Origin: Escherichia phage VTCCBPA_211 | Sequence record: PP989838.1 | Strand: one strand, 5' to 3' | Length of the DNA: 64,000 bases | In this document: positions 49,221 to 57,821 of the stretch, in pieces | Position numbering within the stretch: the first letter of the stretch is position 1 | Layout of the letters: each line of letters begins with the position of its first letter | Notes under the pieces: model-generated | The model's database searches: none | Told to the model about the DNA's origin: nothing | Seen by the model: only the letters and a program-made list of their open reading frames with translations | Made by a program: the position numbers and the translations under genes

Positions 49221-51401
49221 TTATTTACCAGATTTTAACTCTGATACCTCTTTCTTAAGATCTTCGATCTGTTTCATAAGTTCGAGGATAGCTTCGTGAT
49301 GGAGGGCGGCAGCAACACCATAAGTATCAACTGCTTTAGTGTCTTCTACAACTGTACCATCAACAAGTTCTGTCTCCCCAATATTCTTAACTGCATCAGG
49401 GAATACAGTTTCAACATCCTGAGCAACAAAGCCAAAACCAGTAGGGTTGCCAGTAGTTTTGAGGTTCCAAGAAACACCTTTAATCTGCTTCATCTTATCC
49501 AGAGGGTTATCTATCCGTTGGATGTTCTCTTTAATTCGAATATCAGAAGAAGGGTTTACTGTAGCGTACACAGCACCAGCAAAACGAGTCTGGTACGTAC
49601 CATCGCTCATCAGCTGAGAGTAATAAGCATAGCTGCTACCAATCTTCAATTCTACAACTGAGACTCGAGTTTTGTCAGCACCTGTACCAAAACTATTACC
49701 CCAATGTTCAAACCAAGCTTGATCTCTAGCTCTGCTCCCTCCAGGTATTACTGACATACCTAAAGTCTGGGTTCCGGGTTCCGTACTCGTAATTCTCAGT
49801 CTCCCTGTGCCTACATAAATCTCATTGGTACTATTAGAGAAGTCAAACTTCATATTACCACTTCGAATAGAACCACCACTTGGGAGTACGAAAACTCCAC
49901 CATCGGTAAAATCATAAACCTGAGTAACATTCTTGGTTTTATTAAAGACGTTCATACGTCCTACGTAAGTACCGCCAACCTCACCATTAGCTCTTAAAGA
50001 AACCTGAGCTTCAGTGTCCCCACCTACTAGGTACTGAGAACGCAGTTCTCCACCATTTACAGTTGTTCCAGAATTAGGAAGGGTAGTATCTTGATTAATA
50101 ACAGCCCAAGACGTATTAGCAGCAGTAAATCCACCGTGTGCACGGATAGTCCAAACACCAACAACGTGACTTGGGTAAACTTCGGTTGTAGAATCACGCC
50201 CGTATACGGAGTTGCCGTCGGATAGCTTGAATGTAACGGAACCTGTGGCGATCGTCCCTCCGCTGGTTATATGTGCGGTGTTAAGCAGTCCTGGTTTGAA
50301 TGCCCCGCTGGCTGCCGATGGACCCATGGTTTGGAATAGCCCTGCTACATTGGGAGCAGCGTTCTCCCTAATCATACCATTGTTATTCGACACACCACCG
50401 TCACCACGAGCAAACAGGCCAGAGACAGAATCAGCCCCCGTGAACCCGTTAACGCCGTTCTTCTGAACACCGTTCCTGTCAGGTACACGGAACGTTGTTT
50501 CTCCGTCACCAAGTGAATACTTGCCGCGATTGGCTGGGTCTGCAAGCCACTCCGCATCACTGACAGGAGTTAGAAGCTGTGCATAAGCCCACAAGTCAGG
50601 GTAATCAGCACGATTAAGAAGTTGTCCATCAGACAGCACTTCAAAAGCTGGGATAAAAGCTCGACTATCTCGTAAGTGGAAATCACCAATACCAAAGTTA
50701 GAGATACCACTCATCGTAGGACCACCAGAGCCACCACCACTGTTTCGAAGCTGTCTCAAAGTAACCGCATCACAATCACCAACTGCATCAGGGACGGTTA
50801 CTGGTTGAGTGAAAGTAACTTTCTGTGTGAGCTGTTTGATATCAGAGTTAATTCCTGTACGAGTAACACCAATAGTCCGACCTTTGGAGTCTTTAACGTA
50901 AGAACCAATCGCAGCGAAAGGTAAATCCTCAATCTCAGGGCGGTATCGTTTAGAATAAACAGGGTACTTAGTTTCTACCCCAGAGTCATTCTGGTCAACA
51001 ACCTGAAGACGACCAGCGGAATGAATCTCTACACCTTGAACTGAAGAGGCATAACTACCAATCTTGATTGAGTTATCAGTAGTCACTTTCATCATATCCA
51101 CAGACTCTACACCATTAGCACCAGTAGAGCGGAATGGAGTATCATTAACAACCCAAGGGTCTTCTCGGAACAAAGCACCGGACATGATAGGTTGAATTGA
51201 ATCCAGCACAAAATCTTTAGATGCACCTTCTGCTTTAGTTTGGTAAGTAGCAGCTGCGTCAGTTTTCTGTAAATATTTTCCGGTGAGATCAACAGCACCA
51301 GCCTGTCCATCTACAGTAGAAACACCAACAACAGCCGCATCTCTGGTTACAACTACATGAGGCATCATTATGCCAGATTTGGGCATTAATTCTCTAGACA
51401 T
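49221..51401 (-). CDS. tail spike / tail fibre with C-terminal intramolecular chaperone (peptidase S74-like) domain
   Basis: C-terminal SSDIRIKENI ... KGVSWNLK ... GFVAQDVETVFPDAV ... coiled-coil tail typical of self-cleaving chaperone domains. Confidence 0.65.
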   Translation of the reverse strand: MSRELMPKSGIMMPHVVVTRDAAVVGVSTVDGQAGAVDLTGKYLQKTDAAATYQTKAEGASKDFVLDSIQPIMSGALFREDPWVVNDTPFRSTGANGVESVDMMKVTTDNSIKIGSYASSVQGVEIHSAGRLQVVDQNDSGVETKYPVYSKRYRPEIEDLPFAAIGSYVKDSKGRTIGVTRTGINSDIKQLTQKVTFTQPVTVPDAVGDCDAVTLRQLRNSGGGSGGPTMSGISNFGIGDFHLRDSRAFIPAFEVLSDGQLLNRADYPDLWAYAQLLTPVSDAEWLADPANRGKYSLGDGETTFRVPDRNGVQKNGVNGFTGADSVSGLFARGDGGVSNNNGMIRENAAPNVAGLFQTMGPSAASGAFKPGLLNTAHITSGGTIATGSVTFKLSDGNSVYGRDSTTEVYPSHVVGVWTIRAHGGFTAANTSWAVINQDTTLPNSGTTVNGGELRSQYLVGGDTEAQVSLRANGEVGGTYVGRMNVFNKTKNVTQVYDFTDGGVFVLPSGGSIRSGNMKFDFSNSTNEIYVGTGRLRITSTEPGTQTLGMSVIPGGSRARDQAWFEHWGNSFGTGADKTRVSVVELKIGSSYAYYSQLMSDGTYQTRFAGAVYATVNPSSDIRIKENIQRIDNPLDKMKQIKGVSWNLKTTGNPTGFGFVAQDVETVFPDAVKNIGETELVDGTVVEDTKAVDTYGVAAALHHEAILELMKQIEDLKKEVSELKSGK

Positions 51402-51404
51402 TTA

Positions 51405-51431
51405 AATCTCCTTAAAGCTCCCCGAAGGGAG
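51405..51431 (-). terminator. hairpin (attenuator or processing site) between the tail fibre and tail spike genes
   Basis: GCTCCC-TTCG-GGGAGC hairpin immediately before the SD of the spike gene; short U tract. Confidence 0.35.
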
Positions 51432-51441
51432 CGTTGTTAGT

Positions 51442-54012
51442 TTACTCAGAAGGCATTTCAACACGAACTGAGATAAAAGCATCACTCGGGATATCAATAG
51501 GATCACCGTCAGAGAAACCTTCTATCTCATTTCTAGCAAAAACCGGAGAGGTTGGATGGGTTCTGTGATAGGTTTTAACTAAAATAGAACCATCTTCTTT
51601 AATCCCATAATCCAGCCAAACCCTAGGTTGTTTGTTGCGATCAGTAGGAATTTCAAAGCCGCCGTCGATGCCTCCCCATTTTGCATCTGCGTTTAAGCCA
51701 AGGCAGCCGGTAATCAAGTACTCACCAACACCTTGCCGAATGACATTAACCCCCTCAGATTCCTCGTTCGTCTCATATCGACCGTTTGAGTAAATATTAA
51801 CTATCGGAGATGCCGCTTTGATAAATCCGTTTACATCAGTAGTGGTGTTTTTGTTTGTAAGACAATGGACATATTTTATTGTTCCGTCTGCAATCTTTAT
51901 TGCGTAAGATATACGACCATATCCTGAGGCTTCGCCACCAGATCCTGCATAGGACACACCGTGGGCAATCCAGAAGTTAGTATCCTCTGGCTGCATATAC
52001 CAGTAGCAGTTAAACATATCTAAAGTAAACAGGCCATTCCCGGAGGCATGTTGGACACGATCACCAGCACCACCTACGCCTGAATTTGCTGGAGTGTTAC
52101 TTAGCGCTCCAATATTGAACCTTGCACCAGCAGCATCTCCAGCCCCTGTCCCACCATTAGCAACAGGTACATTATCCAGAGTAGAAACACTTCCCAACCC
52201 TAAATTAGATCGGGCACTAGCAGTATTATTCGCTCCAGTACCACCATTGGCAATTGGTATGATATCTAGAGTAGCTGTTGGACCTAAACCAAGGTTAGCA
52301 AGTGCCTCACTGGCTGTAGATGCTCCAGTACCACCCGCTTCTATAGATACTGGATTAGGTGTCCAGCTCTCAGAGGAGAGATCACTTCTCTCTTGTACAA
52401 TAAAGTACCCATCATCCCTTAATACAATCCTGTTTAACAGGTTCGGGGAGAAGATAAATGCATGATTGTTTTGACTGGTAAATGGGTTTATTTTTAAAAC
52501 ATCACGAATCCCATCTACGGTTGTAGATCCAGTCCCTCCTTGAGAGATGGATAACGGCGTTGTGAGTCCAGATAAAGATGTAATGTCAGAGTTTGCACCA
52601 GAAGCGGCAGCACCTAAGATAGATCTGGAGATGTTTACGTTTCCTGTAATCTCATCAGGAGCTTGATTGTTTACAGTAACAACATAAGGTTTCTGAGCTT
52701 GTACAGACCCATTGTACTGAGAGTCTTTGTCAGAATCTGGTGCTCTTATCGCCTCCCCTCCAGTCCAATCAGGAAGTCGAATGTTGATAAAATTAGTAGA
52801 ATCCGCATCGGTAACACCATCTGCTAGCTTACCCCAAGAGAAGTATTGTTTAGCCCCTGCTTGCCATTCAGTTTCAGAAACAACAGGAAGTTGTCCACTG
52901 ACAAGAGATGGACCTAAATCTGAAGCAGATTCTTTAGATACTAGACGACCGTCAGCTGGAAGAACGCCCGGATAGGAGATATTCTTCGTTGGGTCATAAG
53001 GGAACATTACCATCTCACCAAGATATAGAGAAGGGTTTCCTGTTGGAATGGTAATGTCAATGTTACCACTGGAATCCGGAGAGCGAGAGTTAACGGTAAG
53101 GATTCGACCTTCAGTCTTAACAGGGGTTAGTGTTTTGTTAGCAGCAACAGTATAAAATTCATACTTAGTAGCTTCCCAAACTAAAACCTTCTCACCAACT
53201 TGGCGATACTGAGCATCAGCATCAGCTTCTGCTTTTGATTGGTACGTCTTGGTAGTTTTGTCAAGCTTATCGTTAATCTCTTGACGGCTATATTGAGCAA
53301 CGTTCAGAACGTTCCCTAAACCAACTGTTCCCTTGTTGATTGTTAGAGCAACTTCTCCATCAAGAGCTGGACCATCGTTAATAGAAACAGAACGAACAGA
53401 TGGAATTAAATTAGCAATACTCTCTAGAGTGGTTTTGTGGACGGTATTGTCATCTTTGTCAACATAGAAACCTAAATCACCTAGCTCCGGAACACCAGTA
53501 GGTGCTGTATCCAAATCTTTAACAGAACCATCCTTTCCGGGATCACCTTCTGGAATACCTAAAGAGATTACACCAGTGTTCGGATTAAAAGAACCAGTAG
53601 CTTGACTTCCCGGAGGAAGTGTAGTTACATCAACGGACATTCCCAACAGAACATCAAGCTGTTTCTGAACTTCAATAAGTTTCTGATTAATTAAAGCAAC
53701 AGCATTATTAGCATCAGATACTGCTGCGTTGGTCTGAGCGATTAATGCCATTAGGCGAGCATCTTGATCTTTAAAATCCTGCTTAAGATCTTCAATATCC
53801 TGCTTCATCAGAACACCCTGCTGATACAGACGTTCTACTTCAGCGATCAAGTCATCAATTGTACCAAACTTAGACTCTGCTAGCAGTGCCCAATATTTGG
53901 AGTCAGCTGCGTATTCTGCTGCTTGCTTATAAGCTCCGATAGAGCCTTCCGTAGCACCAAACTGCCCAACGTTATTCACTGCATCAGGTGCTTGGTTATT
54001 ATAAACGATCAT
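51442..54012 (-). CDS. tail fibre protein with phage fibre repeats
   Basis: N-terminal coiled coil; four copies of a GGTGA...A..NLGLG repeat. Confidence 0.65.
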   Translation of the reverse strand: MIVYNNQAPDAVNNVGQFGATEGSIGAYKQAAEYAADSKYWALLAESKFGTIDDLIAEVERLYQQGVLMKQDIEDLKQDFKDQDARLMALIAQTNAAVSDANNAVALINQKLIEVQKQLDVLLGMSVDVTTLPPGSQATGSFNPNTGVISLGIPEGDPGKDGSVKDLDTAPTGVPELGDLGFYVDKDDNTVHKTTLESIANLIPSVRSVSINDGPALDGEVALTINKGTVGLGNVLNVAQYSRQEINDKLDKTTKTYQSKAEADADAQYRQVGEKVLVWEATKYEFYTVAANKTLTPVKTEGRILTVNSRSPDSSGNIDITIPTGNPSLYLGEMVMFPYDPTKNISYPGVLPADGRLVSKESASDLGPSLVSGQLPVVSETEWQAGAKQYFSWGKLADGVTDADSTNFINIRLPDWTGGEAIRAPDSDKDSQYNGSVQAQKPYVVTVNNQAPDEITGNVNISRSILGAAASGANSDITSLSGLTTPLSISQGGTGSTTVDGIRDVLKINPFTSQNNHAFIFSPNLLNRIVLRDDGYFIVQERSDLSSESWTPNPVSIEAGGTGASTASEALANLGLGPTATLDIIPIANGGTGANNTASARSNLGLGSVSTLDNVPVANGGTGAGDAAGARFNIGALSNTPANSGVGGAGDRVQHASGNGLFTLDMFNCYWYMQPEDTNFWIAHGVSYAGSGGEASGYGRISYAIKIADGTIKYVHCLTNKNTTTDVNGFIKAASPIVNIYSNGRYETNEESEGVNVIRQGVGEYLITGCLGLNADAKWGGIDGGFEIPTDRNKQPRVWLDYGIKEDGSILVKTYHRTHPTSPVFARNEIEGFSDGDPIDIPSDAFISVRVEMPSE

Positions 54013-54021
54013 ATTATCTCC

Positions 54022-54774
54022 TTATACACGAGAAGTACGAATACCATAAATATCAGGCAAGCTGCTCTGAAGACGAGTCATGTTATTCGGAATTGCGATA
54101 GGTGAACCTGAGTACTCTTGTTTCTTATTCTGCTCTACCATTTCATCAAGGATAGCTTTTCCTAATGCTGACCATTTCTGGACTCCGTTATCATCTTGAA
54201 CAAACAAGCAAGCATGACGTAGAGTGAAATACAGAAGAAGTTCTGGTGCAATAGTAAGGATAGCACTGGTATCTGTATCTTCGTGGAATTCCGGTGGGTC
54301 TGCATAATAACTAAGAATTACTGAGTTTTCTGCTGGAATCAAAGGGCTTCCATCATCAGGGTAGTGCGGAGTATCTGCTTCGATGCTAGGGTAGAAAATG
54401 AAACGACTACCGAAACGAGCAAAGTTAACAGGTTGGTTATTCCAGTGAGATGGGTTAATTGTTCCATGCTGTCTACGATAGCTAATCTCTTCAGGAGAGG
54501 TTACTTGGAAGATTGTACCATCTTTGGCTCTCATCATCCATTGAGCTTCTAAGTAATCAGGAGGAATATAAGCCACTCCATCTTTGATATCTAAATACAC
54601 TTCTTTTTCCAGAGGAGGGATACGTAAGTTACGATAAATCTCTTTCTCTGCAAAGTTAATAAAGTTTGGAATTTGATTAACAAATTCGTCATCGTCCCTA
54701 TCTGCCCAGAGGGCCACGGCCTTCTTTAGCCACCCATAGGTATTGATGGGGTATTGAACATCTGGCATTGCCAT
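54022..54774 (-). CDS. virion structural protein (250 aa)
   Basis: First gene after a terminator plus TAATGTATA motif; ACAAGGAGGA SD. Confidence 0.4.
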   Translation of the reverse strand: MAMPDVQYPINTYGWLKKAVALWADRDDDEFVNQIPNFINFAEKEIYRNLRIPPLEKEVYLDIKDGVAYIPPDYLEAQWMMRAKDGTIFQVTSPEEISYRRQHGTINPSHWNNQPVNFARFGSRFIFYPSIEADTPHYPDDGSPLIPAENSVILSYYADPPEFHEDTDTSAILTIAPELLLYFTLRHACLFVQDDNGVQKWSALGKAILDEMVEQNKKQEYSGSPIAIPNNMTRLQSSLPDIYGIRTSRV

Positions 54775-54807
54775 AGGTTGTCCTCCTTGTTATATGTAGA
54801 CAAAGAA

Positions 54808-54816
54808 TATACATTA
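54808..54816 (-). promoter_or_regulatory. promoter motif TAATGTATA (minus strand)
   Basis: Just downstream of a terminator, about 40 nt upstream of the ATG at 54774. Confidence 0.5.
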
Positions 54817-54840
54817 CACACTGGCTTGTATAGGTCTTAA

Positions 54841-54870
54841 AACGAAAAAACCCCGCCCGAAGGCAGGGTC
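54841..54870 (-). terminator. rho-independent terminator after the capsid/Ig-like genes
   Basis: CCCTGCC-TTCG-GGCGGGG hairpin followed by TTTTTTCGTTTT on the minus strand. Confidence 0.65.
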
Positions 54871-54875
54871 TAGTT

Positions 54876-55388
54876 TTAAGCAGGTGTTACACCAGTAAAA
54901 GTGCATGTTGCATTGATAGACGGAGTATCTTTCAAACTTGCTTGAACAGTAACTTCGCCACTTGCAGCAGCATCTAAGGTTAACGCACCAGCGGCGCTTA
55001 CTGTACCAGCTTCTATAGGGGTTACAACAAACGTGTAATCCGCAGCAGCAGAATTAGTTACAGTAAACATGGTAGTGAAATTAGTGGAGGAACCACCAGT
55101 TTTACCCGTAATTGGACCCTTAGCTACAATAGTAGGAGCAGGAGCAACAATTTCAGAAATGGTTGCTGTACCAGAAACACCTTCTAAAGTTGCAGTAATG
55201 GATACATCAGTGGATTGAGACGCACTCGGAGCAGTATACAAACCCGACTGAGTGATAGAACCACCTCCTGTCACTGACCAAGTAAAGCCAGTTGTTTCGG
55301 TAGAACCATCACTTTTCTCCGCGCTTGCAGTGAACTGCCGAGTAGCCCCTGTCTCTAGACTTGCTAAAGACGCAGGGCTAACAGTCAC
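54876..55388 (-). CDS. Ig-like (BIG2-type) capsid decoration domain, probably expressed as a -1 frameshift extension of the major capsid protein
   Basis: BIG2-like sequence; frame is -1 relative to the capsid gene and open for about 30 codons upstream of its GTG; no SD before the GTG. Confidence 0.5.
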   Translation of the reverse strand: MTVSPASLASLETGATRQFTASAEKSDGSTETTGFTWSVTGGGSITQSGLYTAPSASQSTDVSITATLEGVSGTATISEIVAPAPTIVAKGPITGKTGGSSTNFTTMFTVTNSAAADYTFVVTPIEAGTVSAAGALTLDAAASGEVTVQASLKDTPSINATCTFTGVTPA

Positions 55389-55399
55389 ACTGTCTACTG

Positions 55400-56458
55400 T
55401 TACGCCGCCGCCTTTCCCGCAGCAGTGAACAGAACGCCGGAAGCATACGGGTTGCGGTGACGCAGACCAACTTCCATTTCAATCATCCACTTCTCGTAAG
55501 AACCGTCTTTAGCCAGTTCAGTACGTTTCGGAGCACGCAGAACCATCTGGGTCCAGTCAGCGCTACGGAAGAAGTAAACTGCATCAGTAGGCATCCAACG
55601 GTTAACGATGATTTTGTAGCTCTGGCCCAGCGGGTCAGTGATGCTGTTAACTTCGTAGATGAACTGCTTGGTGTTCTCAAAGATACGTTTACGTGAACCC
55701 TGAGTGTTCTCTTGCAGGCCAGCGAAGATTTTAGCATGAGCCGGGTTAATCATGATGATATCTGCTTCAGAACCAGCGGTGTACAGTTGCAGAGTCATAT
55801 CAAAGATATCTGCTTCATCAAAGCCGATGTTAGTAGCCGGGTTAGATGCGTTCTGTGCAACTTTAACAGTGATTGCACCAGTATCCGGGTCAGCAGGACC
55901 GTTCTTGGTTTTGTCAACAACGCCACCAGTCAGACCGCCGTGAGCACACAGGAACTGGAAAGCACCAGTCTTACGAGCTGCATGGGCGTCGTTCTTACCA
56001 ATCTGAGCCGGATCAGCGGCAGAGTTAGTCAGGTACTGATCAGCCAGAACGTCGGTACGAGCCTGACCGGACAGAAGGATTTTCTCGAGGTCACGCTTGA
56101 TCTCTTTACCTTTCTTCTCCAGCTGATACATCAGTTCACGACCACGACCGTAGTTAGCGGTGGTGTTAGCAGTATCAGAAACACGAACAACCTTACGCAG
56201 AATCTGAGTAACGTTAGATTTGATAACAGTCGGTTTCATTTCGCCGTCTTCAGCACGAGAGCCTTCGACGTGTGCGTTATTACCGTCAACGCTTGCCAGT
56301 GCATCGGTCTGCCAGCTAAAGATAGTCTGGTTGATAGACTCTTTACCGGTCATAGATACGAACGGGGTATCCTGAGGGGACAGAACAGAAATCCAGTTAG
56401 CAAAAGAAAGTTTTTTACCATTCTGGTCATACGATACAAATAAAGTTGGATTAGCCAT
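55400..56458 (-). CDS. major capsid protein
   Basis: Position after the scaffold gene, 352 aa, strong SD; contains a G GGA AAG heptamer five codons before the stop. Confidence 0.65.
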   Translation of the reverse strand: MANPTLFVSYDQNGKKLSFANWISVLSPQDTPFVSMTGKESINQTIFSWQTDALASVDGNNAHVEGSRAEDGEMKPTVIKSNVTQILRKVVRVSDTANTTANYGRGRELMYQLEKKGKEIKRDLEKILLSGQARTDVLADQYLTNSAADPAQIGKNDAHAARKTGAFQFLCAHGGLTGGVVDKTKNGPADPDTGAITVKVAQNASNPATNIGFDEADIFDMTLQLYTAGSEADIIMINPAHAKIFAGLQENTQGSRKRIFENTKQFIYEVNSITDPLGQSYKIIVNRWMPTDAVYFFRSADWTQMVLRAPKRTELAKDGSYEKWMIEMEVGLRHRNPYASGVLFTAAGKAAA

Positions 56459-56499
56459 GTTATGTTAGCTCCTATACTATTAATAATTTAATTTGTCGA

Positions 56500-57576
56500 T
56501 TAATCTACGAGGAATTTGAATGCGTCTTCGTGACTAACGCGACCCTCTGCGAATGCCTTGGCAACCTTAGCGTTGTCGGGCTTATTGGAAGTGCGAGACT
56601 TTGCAGCATCAGACTTCACAACCTTGCGTGGAGCACCGGGACGTTTGATCTTAGCCATCACCTGTTGCTTACCTTTATCAAATTGGTATGCTTTATGGAG
56701 AGCTAGGAAAATAGACGGACGGTTTTCCTTCAATACTTCTTCTTCAGTAGCACCTAAGTCAATTGCGTATTGCATTAAGTTTTGATATAAGTTTTCATCC
56801 CAATTTGGAATCTCACGTTTCAGAATATTAACACATTCAATACTCTTGGCTTGGAAAGCTTCCTGCTCTTTAGCTGCTGCTTCCTGCTTAATACGGACCT
56901 GAGCCTGTTCAAGCTGGTTACGACGAGCTGTGTACTTCTCTAGGAAACGTTTGTTTTCAACATATGCTTGAGGATCTTCTACTGCAAGCTTGTCCCAATC
57001 AAAACCGTTATAATCTTCAATTACTCGGTCTGCTTCTAAAGACGCTAGTTCTAATACATCCTTCAAACCTACTACACGTTCCTCGAATGCTTCCATATGA
57101 CGCTGAAGAGTTGATTCTCGTTCTGTCATATCAGCACCAGTAAGATAGCCATTAGAAAGTTCTTCAATAGTCATCTCACGTCCATCAGGAAGGGTGATAA
57201 CGGTTTCGTAGTCTACATCAAAGACTTCACCTTCACCGTCAGCAGAATCATCTTCATACTCTGCATCGCTTGAATCTTCTTCCTCTTGTTCTTCTGCTTC
57301 AGAGGATTCATCTTCATCTTCTTCGACTTCGCCTTCCTCTTCACGATCTTCCCAACCATCTTCATCTTCGAACTTAAGCTCATCGCTTTCACCGAGAAGG
57401 TCGGTATCAAAGTCAAATTCGTCACCGGTTTGTTCCGGGAACTCATCGTCAATGTCCACTTCTGGTTCTTGTTCAGATTCTAATCGACCAAGCTCTTCTT
57501 TAAAAGAACCTTTCAGGTCATCCAGTTGGAGGAAAGATTTAAAATCGTTCGGGTCAATATAATTATCTTGTGGCAT
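56500..57576 (-). CDS. scaffolding protein
   Basis: Highly acidic N-terminal region and helical C-terminus; between portal and capsid. Confidence 0.5.
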   Translation of the reverse strand: MPQDNYIDPNDFKSFLQLDDLKGSFKEELGRLESEQEPEVDIDDEFPEQTGDEFDFDTDLLGESDELKFEDEDGWEDREEEGEVEEDEDESSEAEEQEEEDSSDAEYEDDSADGEGEVFDVDYETVITLPDGREMTIEELSNGYLTGADMTERESTLQRHMEAFEERVVGLKDVLELASLEADRVIEDYNGFDWDKLAVEDPQAYVENKRFLEKYTARRNQLEQAQVRIKQEAAAKEQEAFQAKSIECVNILKREIPNWDENLYQNLMQYAIDLGATEEEVLKENRPSIFLALHKAYQFDKGKQQVMAKIKRPGAPRKVVKSDAAKSRTSNKPDNAKVAKAFAEGRVSHEDAFKFLVD

Positions 57577-57812
57577 TATGAAACATCTCCTGCACTGTTG
57601 ATAGCAGCTTTTATGACCTCTTTTAAGCTACCCACCATTTTATACTTTTGATAACAATCTTCGCGTTTCTTATTCTCATGAGGTTCGGTTTGAACTATCT
57701 CTGTCATGAGTCTTTCTTTCAATGCCTCTAATGCTGCGTCAAGACTGCCGTTAAGATTGAGAGCCGCCAAAGCGGCGGCGTGCTCTTTATTGAATTGATG
57801 CCTAATGTTCAT
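57576..57812 (-). CDS. hypothetical protein (78 aa)
   Basis: ORF coupled (TAATG) to the scaffold gene. Confidence 0.35.
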   Translation of the reverse strand: MNIRHQFNKEHAAALAALNLNGSLDAALEALKERLMTEIVQTEPHENKKREDCYQKYKMVGSLKEVIKAAINSAGDVS

Positions 57813-57821
57813 TCGACGTCC

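Noticed and set aside
56470-56482. TAATAGTATAGG upstream of the major capsid gene
   Set aside because: Needs an inserted base relative to the TAATGTATA motif; it overlaps the Shine-Dalgarno region and is more simply explained as the RBS context.
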